A stretch of DNA of 64,000 nucleotides. Origin: the human T2T-CHM13v2.0 reference genome, Homo sapiens. A program made the position numbers and the translations under genes. Shown here in pieces: positions 51,081 to 64,000 of this stretch. Under the pieces are notes generated by a model. That model was given only the letters and a program-made list of their open reading frames with translations. It did not search any database and was not told where the DNA came from. The stretch's first letter is position 1; each line of letters opens with the position of its first letter. The stretch lies in NCBI RefSeq assembly GCF_009914755.1, contig NC_060947.1; one strand, 5' to 3'.

Positions 51081-52241
51081 AAAAGAATGGTTTCTATGTT
51101 TTATCTAGCTTTTCTAGGATTTTATAAAGGAAGCTTTTTCAGGGTATCTAGTTTGTTACATTTCCCAAAGTGAGCATATTTAACCCACTCTCATACAGCT
51201 TCTGCTCCCTCCACTTCACTAGAACTGTTCTTCTCAAGATCCCTAACAGCCAAGTATATCACAATACCCAACAGACAGTTTCTGTCTGCATCTCATGTAA
51301 ACTCAGTACAGTTCAACCCACATGAGTATTCTCTGCTTCTTGAAATACTCTCCTCACATGACTTCCATGATATCACATCCTTTTGATTATTCTTTCTTTT
51401 TCCTACTTTACAGGTCACTATTTCTCTTTCTCCACTGCTATCTCCTACAATACCTGACCTACAATGCTACTTCTTCCAAAACATAATTTACTTTTTATTT
51501 CACTTCCCAGTAAAACTTCAGGATATTGGTAGAAACACCTTCTGTGTGGATACCAAGTACACTCAAGTATATGCCTCAAAGGTATCATTGCCATGGAGGC
51601 CAGTTTAGTAGCTGAAAAAATTAATATTTATCTCCGACAGTGGGAAAAATAGGCAGGAAATGTTTTGTATGTTTTAAGTCTGTGAGGAAAAAGTGCTAAT
51701 GATATGCAAATGTCTTCCTAGACATCAGTATACTCATGATGAAGAAAATGGCTTTGATCGTGGGTACTATTAAGAAATCCTTTAAACTGTGTGTGGCCTT
51801 TACACAATATCAGATAACTCATACTTTCAAAAAGGCTAGAGAAGAAGCCACAAAGTCAAACGCTCATACAAAAAAAGCAGATCTTAACAAAGCCCCCAAT
51901 CCAATACTCTGTTCAGACAGCTTGGTTTCTAACCCTTTAACTTCTCCACTCTATGCACTAAATTCCTCTCTTTTTTACTAAAGGATAATTCCCTCTCCAG
52001 CTTTTGGGGCAAGCAGGACTGAAATGGGAAGCATTTCAGTATCTTACTGGTCCAACAGTCTTCTTATTCTAACTTCCTCCTTGAGAATTCAGTCGTCTAA
52101 AACCCCATGGTCTGATGATTCAGTTACTCCTGCTAGGCACAGGAATTTCTCCCATTCTCTCCAGGAGCCATTCTTCCACCTTTCTCACCTCCACTGTGAC
52201 TCTGCATGATAAGACTTTCCCCTACGCTCCATAAATTATCA

Positions 52242-52445
<204 letters not shown>

Positions 52446-52689
52446 CTAAATCAAGTTGGGCCCCAATTCAATTCACAAAGCTCTTTAATCTTATATTCAA
52501 TATTCCAGCATCTCCCAAGTTCATATAACTAGAGCCCTTTAATAATCACAAAATAGTGTGTTTTTTGTGTGTGTGTGAAAAAACAATGCTATCAGTGTAC
52601 CAATACAGCTTGCTCGGAACAATTTTGACACAATTCATTCAAGTAAATTAATGTTCTCATTTAAATAATAATAAAATAAAAATCTCTTC

Positions 52690-52925
52690 TACAGCACTTG
52701 CTATGTGATAGGCACTCATTTAGCACTTTAACATTATAAAATATTTAATCTTCACAGGAGCCCTATGAGGTAGGTACTATTGTTATCCTCATTTTATAGC
52801 TCAAGAAACTGAGGCAAGGAGAGATGGAGCAACTTGCATAAGGTTACACAGCTAGTAATTAGTAAAGCCCAAAGTCAAGCCCAGGTAGGTTGTCCACAGT
52901 TTATGCTTTTTAACCATTATGCTCC
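52690..52925 (-). mobile_element. MIR
   Basis: 'ccctatgaggtaggtactattgttatcctcattttatag..gaaactgaggc'. Confidence 0.8.
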
Positions 52926-53459
52926 GCTGTTCTAATGTACTTACTTGGTTAGACCCAAAAGTTCACATAGCAGAATGTGGACTGACCTACGTTATCCCAC
53001 TCCTAAAATAAGAGTGAGCACTTACTGCGCTTTTACTGTGTGCCAAAATATTTTCTGAGTGTTTGTGGATTGTTAACTTTATATCCTCCTAACAGTTCTG
53101 TGAGATAGGTACTAATAATTACCCCATATTGCTAAATGTATTAGTCAATTCTCCCTCTTACTGGATTTGTCAGCAGCATTTTATGCAGTTGATCCTTCTT
53201 CCCTCTTGTAATCACTCTCTTCACAGACCCTCTAGGCCATGATGCTTTTCTGGTTTCTCTCCTACTTCACAGACCATTCCTCCTAAGTCTCCTTTCCTGT
53301 TCCTTTTAATTTCTAAACACTGGAGGATGTCAAAGCTCTGTACTTGCACTTCTTTTTTCTGTCTCACTCAGACGCTGGCAATTCTCATCCAGCCTGTGTC
53401 TTTAATACCTTAAACTCTAATAACTCCCCAATGTATAACTTCTACCTGGGCTTCCTACT

Positions 53460-54225
<766 letters not shown>

Positions 54226-57200
54226 GATTCTCTACTCAACTCTAAGATTTATATATTAGACATCACTACTTGGGGATCTAATAGGCATCTTGACTTAACA
54301 TGAAAAATCAAGATTTTGGTTTTCACTCTCCCCATCCCCAACACCCATTCAAAATGGCTCCCCCAAGAGACTTTCCACTGACTTCTCAACCCCACCGTGT
54401 TCTGTTGCTCTCTCTCTCACTTGCTCTCCTTCCCTCCCTCCTTTCTGTCTCACATTTACACACACACACATAACACACACAAAATCAATCAATCAGCCAA
54501 CTCTTCCAGTTCTTTCTCCAAAATATTTCCATAATTTGACCACTTCTCACCACTTCTACTGCTACCACCCTGGTCTAAGCCACCATCATGTCTCACCTAG
54601 AGTACTATAATAGCTTTCTAACTGGTCTCCTTGCTCTGTCCTTGACTCCTCTTCAATGCATTCATAGTACAGCTGCCAGAAATCATCTTATTAAAACGTA
54701 AGTCAGATCTTGTCTGTCTTCTGTTCAAAACTATCCAATGGTTTACCATCTCTCAAAGAGTAAAAGCCAGATTCCCCAAAATAGTCCCCAAAGACCCTTG
54801 CGATATGCCTGCTCTAATAGCACTCTTATCAGAGCTTCTTATTTTTCACCTCTCTTCCTCCACCCACATTTGGTTTTGGCAGGATTCCCAAGTGAGGCAA
54901 TTTCCCACTTTTCTACTCTACCCACTCCCTTGTACCTAAACCTAGGAAGCACCATCTGGTCATCCAAGGCTCAATATACAACCCTTATTGAATATGTATT
55001 CACATCTTAGCTTGTTTATGTGAACACAAAAAATACAAGTAGGCTTATTTTTAATTTAGCAAATTGAAAATTACAACTTTGGAGTTCCCATCTCTTTTCT
55101 TTCTCTCTGCTTCTTTTTTTCAATTCTTTTCTTTCTTTGTTTTATCTTCTGTCTGTGTGCATCTCTACTTCTTTCCGTCCTTTCCCTTTCCTTCACTCTC
55201 TCCCCGCTGAGAAGGCATTGGGGATTTGTTTTTCATGAGAGTTGGACTTTGATGAGCTTATGCAATTCTCCCTCTTTACCATCTCACATTTCCAAACGCT
55301 ACCTATTAATCCTATCTCTGATCATGTGAAATATTTAATATATAAAAGATGTAATAAATATTCATAAATAAATTACATTCTGTGGATCTAAAAGGCAAAG
55401 CAAATGGACTTTTCAAAAGATTACCAAATTAACCATTTGTTTTGAATAACTGACTCAAAATGGTTGAACACATTGATTTTCCTCAATCCTCTCCTTTTCT
55501 ATACTTCTTTCTTTCTCATTCTGTCTTGTTGTCTGTCTTCTGAAGAGGTGAAAGGAATTCTCTTTAGTAAGAACTGACACCTAGGTTGCGAAGATTTCCC
55601 TGGTTTCTGTCCTTGTATTGGAGGCTATCCGGGTCCAGTGTGAAATTGTCAAAGGGACAATGGAAAGACACTTTTGTATATTCATGAGTATTCACAACTT
55701 AGATCATTTCTATGGGTGGAACTTACAAGTGGACTTTTAGAAAGCTTAGCAAATTAATTTATTATGTCAATTAACTTAATCAGTTTTCTTAAACACAACT
55801 CTGATATTTTCCATCTCTATATATCTTCTTCTCTGCCAAAGAGAGAACTGAAACTTTAATCAAATTGGAAGATTTTCACAATTCCCTCCATCCCACCTCC
55901 ACCCTTTTGTCCCAGCTTATTAAGCTCATTATGTACCACCTGTGTTGTGTGTGTTGTATATGAAATATTCAAGGGTACAATAAAAACACACAATGCATAT
56001 GTATTCATAAATTAGTTATTATCTATGTATCAGAAACGCAGAACAGTTTAGCTAAATAATGTTTTACGTAACTGACTATATTTTCCTGAAGTGGATTTGT
56101 TAGATTCTCTCCCTCCTTGCCCCTATTGCTGTGTCTCTCTGTCTTTCTTATTATGAAGGATGGCCCTTTAAGTGATTTGGGGGAATTTTCTCCTGCCTTT
56201 GCACTTCAGCCTATTAAACTCCATCTGTGTCAAATGTGAAATATTTGATAATAGAATGTAAAACACATTCACAACTTAGCTAGTTTCTAAGGTTTTGAAA
56301 CACACAGAGGATTTTTTAGCTTGGCAAATTAAGTCATCATAAAAAAGTAAGTGGATATATTTTCTTAAATCTATCTTGGGTATTTTTCCCTCTCTCTATC
56401 TCTACTCCTTGTTCTTTATCTTGCCTCCTGTTTTCTTTTTATCTCCATCTCTCTGATTTTTCTTTATGTCCTGTTTTATGCATTATCTTTACTTACCTAT
56501 GCTACACATCTAAAGAAATAATATATACAATGACAATAATAATAAAACTGTCATTCTAACAAATGATCAAATTTCTAGGAAAGATGGATATATAAGGATC
56601 ATACATCCAAACTATCCTTTTAGAAAATTAATGTAATAATTCGCCAAATTAGGGAAAACAGGGGATGGTGTCAACAACTAGCCACAGACTTTGAGGAATT
56701 TCATTCATTTATTTAATACATGTTTGAATCTGGAGCAAAGAGCAGACGGCCTCTGCATGAAGCTAGTTCATACTGAGGACTGACAGCATTTGGAGAGAAA
56801 GCCAGCCATACCAATCAGAACATCCACGGATTGTGGGTCCTTTCTCTGGCCCAGATTTCCATTCATATTCTAGACCCTACATGGAAGAGTGTATGAAGAA
56901 TTTAGAAAGGAATGCCCATAATTTATGGTCACAATAAAAACAATACATATATATGTAAGGTAATAATGTTTATATGGTTCCTAAATCAATAGGTATAAAA
57001 GTGTGTGCAGCAAAATGTCTCCCTCCCACATCTGTCCCAAATTACCCATTTCACATCTCCTTCCTTTAGGTAACTACAATTAACAGCCTCTTGTGTATCT
57101 TCCTAGAAAGATTATGTGTGTGTGTGTATATATACACAGTTTGAAAACACGTATCTTCGATAATTAAAATAATGTGATACATATAAAGAATAGAGAGACA

Positions 57201-58096
57201 ACAATGAAAAAGAATAATAAATATAGACACACATTTATGCGTTTGTATGTGTATGTATGTGCACACATGTGAATTTACTATATGATAAAAGAAGCATCTC
57301 ATATCAATGAGGAAACACTCGATTATTCACTCGTGGATACTGGTACATTTGGTTACCTCATAGAGCAAAACCAAAAATAAAACTCCAGATTATATTCGAG
57401 ATGTAAATTTTAAAAATGGAAATAATGCAGCTCCTAAAAAATGTAGGTAAAAAGTTGGAAAGATGTCCAATTCATATAGCAGACTGAGCAGCAACATTTA
57501 CCTCCTCTTTCTCTTAAGACTTCATCAAGTACCAGTGAAGACAGTAAAATAGAATAAACCCATAAGAAAGAAAACAACAGGAAAGAATGAATGAAAGAGC
57601 TCAAGAGAATTTTGGAATTCAGAAAGTGCTGATGGAGAAAGCAGGCCTCAGTGTAGATGAGAAGCAGCAGAGGGAGCTCAGCTTACAAGGGAGGTCCCTG
57701 CTGGCAATGCCCAGAGAGGACACAGACCTGGAGGCTGCAGGGACAAAGGGAGAGGGTCTCAAGAATGGGAATGGAAAATAGGGACATTTCCTGCAGATCT
57801 GAACTTGGAAAAGTTACAAGCCCTACTTCCATAGGCACAATGACTGTATCAGTGTGTTTACTCTCCCAGTCAAAAGAAAGATAATCTGAGTGCCTTTATC
57901 TAAAATACTCTGAAGGGTCTTTCTACAGAAAACTAGGGAAATTTAAGTGGGTGGTAGGCCCTTAAACAAGAAATGCAATCCCAACAAAAGATAGTATTCA
58001 TACAGTCATAGTAATACAAATGTCCCTTGCTGGTTTTGAGCTTTTTAAATCAATCTATAGAGAAAGTATTGAAAGCTTAATTAGGGGTATATAACA

Positions 58097-58579
58097 GTAT
58101 TAGTTTTCTATTTATTGGTACTTTATCAAATTACCCCACACTTGTTGGCTTCAAACAGCACGAATTTATACTCTTATACTTCCGAAGGTCAGAAGTCTAA
58201 AATGGGTCTCACTGTGCTAAAATCAGGATGTAGGTGGGGCTGCCTTCACTTCTGGTGACTCTAGGGAAGAATAGGTTTTCTCGCCTTTTTGGCTTCTCTG
58301 GGTAGTCCACATTTCTGGGCTTGTGGCCCCATTTGTCATCTTTCAAGCCAGCTGTAAAATATCTTCTACTCATTTTCTTTTTGACTCTGGTCTTCCTGCC
58401 TCTCCTTTATAAGGACTCTCATGGTTACATTATGCCCACTTGAATAATCCAGAATAATCTATTTTGAAATCAGCTGATTAGGCACCTTAATCCCCCCTTT
58501 CCATGTAACCTAACATGTTCACAGGTTCTACGGAATAGAATGTGGACATCTTTGGGGGGCCGCTATTCTCCCTACCGCA
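58097..58579 (-). mobile_element. MLT1D-like LTR
   Basis: 'ggtcagaagtctaaaatgggtctcactg...aatcagctgatta...ctattctccctaccgca'. Confidence 0.78.
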
Positions 58580-59352
58580 AGAACTGAGTGTATATTTTAA
58601 TCCGTTTTTACAATGAAAGCAAACTTTTAGTTGGCAGAAGTTGGAAGAAAGAAGGTGAGGATATGAGGACAGAAGGGTTGATAGATCAATAAATATAGCT
58701 AACTATTTGATCCAGCTATCAATACTAGGAGGAAAGGAGAGGTAGGGGCAATGGAAGTGAGATAAGCACTCAATACCTTAGAGTAGGGAATCAATATTTC
58801 ATCTCTAAAGGTGAAAAATGGCAGTATAAGCACATTATTTAGAACTATGGAGGGAACCATCAGAAGTAAAACATAAGTGGTTAAAATGGGAACTGCTCCT
58901 TTTCAGTATATACCTGTTATTTGATTTTTAAATTTTCTTTTCTTTCCTCCTTCCCTCCCTCCCTGCCTTTCTTCCTGCCTTCCTTCTTTCCTTACATCCT
59001 CCTTCCTTCTAGATGCAAAGTAGAAAGGGAGTGATCCATGTAGTTATTATGTTTATAGACTCTGGAGCAAGTTTGCTGCCTTGTTTCCAAATCTTGCTCT
59101 ACCACTTACCAACTGTGTGACCCTGAGAAAATTATTTAATCTGTCTGAGCCTCGATTTCCTTATCTATAAACCTCAGATAATACCACCACCCACCTCAAA
59201 CTGTTGTTCAAGGGTTAAGTGAGTTAATACATGCCCTCAGGGAAATGCTTTGCACATATTACATGCTCAAAAATTGATCATTAGTAATTCTACCACTAAA
59301 CCCATATATTACTTTGATAAACAGTAAGAAAACAAGAATGACAATATCTTGT

Positions 59353-59830
59353 TGCATTATTTTCCTAGGGCTGCCATAACAAAGTACTACACCCTGGATG
59401 GGTTAAAACAAAACAAATGTATTCTTTCACAGTTCTGGAGGCTGGAAGTCTGATACTGAGGTGTCAGCAGAGCTACACTCCCTCTGAAAATTGTAGGGAA
59501 ATCCTTCCTTGCCTCTTCCTAGTTTCAAATTGTTTTCTCACAATCTTTGCTGTTTCTCAACTTATAGAAGCATCGCCCCAATCTCTGCCTTCATATTCAC
59601 ATGGTGTTCTCCATGTGCACGCACGCGTGTGTGTGTGTCTCTATGTTCAAATTTCCCCTTTTTATAAGGACACCAGTCAAATTGGATTAGGGCCCACTCC
59701 ACTGCAGTATGACCTTATCTTAACTAATTACATCTGCAGTGACCCTGTTTCCAAATAAGGTCACATTTTGCAGTACTGGGGATTAGGACTTAAACATATC
59801 TTTTCAGGGGACACAATTCAACCCATGATA
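59353..59830 (-). mobile_element. MLT1B/C-like LTR
   Basis: 'ttcctagggctgccataacaaagtac...gggacacaattcaaccca'. Confidence 0.82.
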
Positions 59831-60634
59831 CCTGTGTTGGCAAGAGTGAGGGGAAATTGGCTTGCTCATCACTGATAATAGGAGTGTGAATTGTTTAACC
59901 TTTCAGAACAGCAGTTTGTCAATATGTATCATTTTTTTTTAATGTGTCTACTTTCTGAAATAGCAATCTCAATATCCTGTCTGTATCTTAGGGGGATACT
60001 TAAACAGGAGCAAAATGCTATAGGGAAAAGAAGGGTCTTTACAGTGTTGTTTATAGCATTAAAACACAGAATATAATAGTGGATGATTGTTTAAATAGAT
60101 TGTGATCCATCTATATGAGGACATTACCAAAAAAGAGATACTATTTTACTGAGTTTCACAATGAAATGCTACACTTCCTAGTGACAACAGGGATTATCAT
60201 CATTGTCAACTATGCTCTGGCCTGACAGGAAGGCTTTTCACTTTTTTTTAAGTAACCAAAACAAGTAATAATAAATGTGTGGTGTGTTCATTCTAATTGC
60301 TAACATATTTTACTAAATCTTGTGTACATTTTACCTGGATTATGTGCATTTAGTGACATGAAAACACATTTATAATATAAAATTAAATAAAAATCAGCTT
60401 ATAAAAAAGTATCAATACTATGGCCCCATTTACATAAAAACATATTTATACAGAAAATGCAAAGGGAACCGTCTTAAATACTGAATGTAAAACAATCAGT
60501 TAATGTACCGAAATCTTCTAAGATATTTCTAGAAAGTGGAAACAAAAAGAATTTTAATTTCCAACATTTGCTCCTCCATGTATTTCTAATTTTCCTGTTA
60601 TGAACGTGTATCTTCTGTGTGCTAAAGATGACAC

Positions 60635-61525
60635 CAACCGCGGTTTACCAAAATGAAGTGGGAGTGGGGTCTGATTGGGCAGCCAAGGATTGGTCTCAAG
60701 AGTTGATGCCAGGTGGGCAGTGCCCAGGACAGACGGGGAGGTGAGGGGAGTGAACAGATACAGGGACTTCTCTTGCTTGCTCACTCTGAGGAGGAAATCC
60801 CTGCAGCAGCAAGGGTGGGCCTTCAGCCTCTAGGGCCCAGCTGTGCAGTGCACCACTTTGGGCCACGTGATGCTGCAGCCTCAGCCTCCTCCTGGGGCCC
60901 CCTCTTTTCCCTTAAGTTGGGGTGGGGAAGGGAGGGGAAACCAGGCAGTGGCATTGGTGGTGGCACCTCTTGAAGCAGGAGGCCGGCTTCTCTGCTCACA
61001 CATGTAAGGGGTCCAGTGGAGACGTGAGGGGACAGGAGGGTGTGTGAAACCTGCAAATGGCTCCTCTCCCTCCTTGCTTGCATAGTCCCGGGATCAGGGC
61101 TCTAAAGAGGCTGGCAGTACCTGTGCAGCCAGTGCAGGAAAAGTATGTCAATGCCCCTGCTTCACCTTCAGCACAGTGAGCCAGGGACGGGTCCCTGTCT
61201 GGCTCTGCCCACACTCCCAGTGCTCTGAGCCCTGGCCACGCAGTGGCCCAGGTAGCCAATGCACGATGGCCAGGAGCGCTCCTGGGACACAGGGACAGGG
61301 CCCAGGTGGCCCAGACACTCCCACCACCGGCTACCTCTACTGCTTCTGCCAAAGCCAGGCACTTGACCCCAGCAGCAATGCTCACCCACTGGAAGGAGGG
61401 AATTCTTCAGATTAGGGCCAGCCACACCTTGCCTGCCTGTGCCACTTGGACTGGTCCAGCCGGAGGCCTGCCATACATGACGCCAGGACCCCACAGAACA
61501 GCCCACCCACCCCTGCAGCCCTACA
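60635..61525. other. GC-rich, CpG-depleted block of unknown origin
   Basis: Abrupt compositional shift within an AT-rich intron; TG/CA excess; no repeat family recognised. Confidence 0.6.
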
Positions 61526-62610
61526 CTCCTTATCTCTTCTGCATCTTACTCTGAACAGCTTTCAGCTTCCCTAACAGGCCATGCTCTCTCATACTTCTGC
61601 ACTTTCGACATCTCAGTATTGCCTTTGTCAAGAATAGCCTTTCCCCACACTAATTCTAGATCTCTAAATCCTGTTTGTCCTTCAATTCCATTTCAAATGT
61701 TGATTTTTTTAGGCACCCTCCCCTGATTCTGAGGTGGAGGGAAAACAGGGGGCAGAGGAGATGACAGACTGTGATATCACAAGAGGGAACAGTGTATGTC
61801 TAGATAATGAGATAAAAGGACATGTATAATTGTGGATTCACAGAGACAAGTGTTGCTTGAAAATTAACGTTGAAAGCTTCTATCATTTCATAGCAAAAAA
61901 AATATTATGTGATATGTGGGCCCCAGCATATACTCCATTTTGACGAACATTCTAAGGTTAGTTGAGATCCAGAATATATCGTCCCTCAGGCCCCTTGAAC
62001 TGCTCAGGGGCCATTTCCAAATGGACAGACTTAAGGCCACAGAACAAAACTCTAGTTTCATTTGTCAATATCCAAGAGTTAGCCATTGATAAAACCTAGC
62101 AGGTTTTGCCAACCAAGCTTTTTTCTGAGTTACGTGATCCCCTTAAGAAAATAATTCCATGGCTACTCCCTGGGCATCCTGGCTGTGTGCTTGACCTTTT
62201 CTGGGATTAGTTAATGTGCCACCTCAGCACAGGCTGAGTTAAGCAATTATTTTAATGAAATCTTTAGGAACAAAGCTCAGCTCTTCCCCCACCATGGCCT
62301 TCATCTGCTTTCTCTTCTCATACTCTAGCCCTAATGCCCTTCACCTTCTGCACCACTCTTCAAGAGGCAGCAGGCAATCGTGGTTAAGAGGATGGTCTTG
62401 GGAGCCAATCTGACAAGTGTTCATTTTCGTTTTGCCATTGCATAACTGTGACAAGGAGCAAATTACTGAACTTTTATATACTCAGTTTTCTCATGATAAT
62501 ACTATCTTTGTCACAACATTGTTTTGAAGATTAAGTAAGTTATAAGCACTTAGAACAGTGACTGGCATGTGGTATAGGTTACAGAAATGTTTGTTAAATA
62601 AAATAAGTTA

Positions 62611-62775
<165 letters not shown>

Positions 62776-63141
62776 TCAATAAAGAGAAGTTGAAGGAAAT
62801 GGAGAATGATTACCCTTGATACTAAACTCAAATGAGATCGAAATAAAACTTCCATCTTCAAAGAGTTCTGGGTATGTGGTCTGTCTTCAACTGAAGTCCA
62901 TCCATCCGTCCATCCATCCATCCATCCATACAATAAACTCTCATTGAACAGCTACTGTAGTATATGCTGTGTACATAGAAATGAACCCAAAGTGTTCTCA
63001 TACTTCAATGACTGTCTTCTAGACTGCCAATAAACTTTTTCTTCTGTTGGACAGTAGACAGTAGGGGCAGGGGGAGGAATGGCTAAAATATTATCTCATG
63101 TAGATGTCACAGACTCAAATGCCTACAGGAGCCATAGAGGT

Positions 63142-63559
63142 TGACAAAATTTGGATATTCGACCCCTCCAATTCTTATGTTAAAATGCAAACCCCAGTGT
63201 TGGAAGTGGGGTGCAGTGGGAGGTGTTTGAGTCATGGAGGCAGATTCCTCACAAATGGCTTGGTGACACCCCCCTCCAGTAATGAGTGAATTCTTGCTGT
63301 ATTAGTTCACAGGCTATCTGATTGTTTTCAACGAGCCTTGCACCGCCTTCTCTCTTTTGCTCCCTCTTTTCATGTGACACGCTGGCTTGCTTTGCCTTTC
63401 ACCATGAGTAAAAGCTTCCTGAGGTCCTTACAAAATGCAGATGCTGGCTCCATGCTTCTTGTACAGCCCCCCATAACCATGAACCAAATAAAACTCTTTT
63501 CTTTATAATTTACCTAGCTTCAGGTATTCCTTCACAGCAAAGCAAAACAGACTAACACA
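63142..63559 (+). mobile_element. MST (MSTB-like) solo LTR
   Basis: TG...CA termini with perfect 5-bp TSD gaggt at 63137-63141 and 63560-63564. Confidence 0.88.
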
Positions 63560-64000
63560 GAGGTACCTTGAATAAGTAAATGAGGCTAATTATAAGAAAA
63601 ATAAGCTGGCAGAAAAGTAGTACAAATTCAATTAATTATGGGGTGAGCATATCAGAGAAAGCAAAAATTCAAACTAGTGATATTTTAAGTTAAAAAAGAA
63701 AAATTCCAAATTAAAATTACAATAATTGATTTTCTTTCATAACTTATTATCAGTTTGATATGCAAACAAGACACCTACCTGACACCTTTTCTTTTGCATC
63801 AGCATTAATGTCAAGGCTTGTATTTAGAATTCCAATGTCAAGTACAGAATTTGTATAGATTAACAGGGGCGTGAGTAAGGGAAATGGTCAGAAATGAGGT
63901 GGGGTTATTTAACTTTAGTCAGTATATTAAAGAAATGAGTTGATTCCTTCCCTGACATGGTTAACTCTTTCCACCGTGGATTTTATATCTAGGGTGAGTA

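Noticed and set aside
59104-59125. Third 13-nt cag|...|gtaagt microexon-like pair (59110-59122)
   Set aside because: Lies within MIR-derived sequence with a short pyrimidine tract; shows such pairs occur by chance and tempers the two reported candidates
60554-61554. Cluster of 76-129 aa ORFs on both strands
   Set aside because: Expected from stop-codon scarcity in GC-rich DNA; no recognisable protein
62897-62927. (CCAT)n as a NOVA YCAY cluster near exon 7
   Set aside because: YCAY is on the plus strand; the GABRA3 pre-mRNA reads (AUGG)n

Overview
This is primate genomic DNA, almost certainly human: it carries an AluYa5 with all five diagnostic bases. It contains the 3' part of GABRA3 (GABA-A receptor alpha-3 subunit, Xq28) on the minus strand. 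Four coding exons splice in frame with GT-AG boundaries: 62616-62759, 52247-52399, 44344-44555 and 22292-22627 (conventionally exons 7-10). They are followed by a 3' UTR of about 2 kb and then about 20 kb of repeat-rich intergenic DNA. The clearest functional structure is the A-to-I (Ile/Met) recoding hairpin in exon 9, together with a ~120-nt intronic hairpin just downstream (the editing-inducer element). That system is already described in the literature, not new. Less expected observations are: a 26-bp inverted templated insertion inside an Alu, copied from an L2 about 3 kb away; a sharply bounded GC-rich, CpG-decayed, promoter-like block in intron 7; candidate 13-nt frameshifting or poison microexons; a 1.15-kb palindromic AT-rich array; and several nested retrotransposon insertions with readable target-site duplications (TSDs). 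Most ORFs in the supplied track are repeat-derived or chance ORFs. Repeat subfamily names were assigned by eye and need RepeatMasker confirmation.
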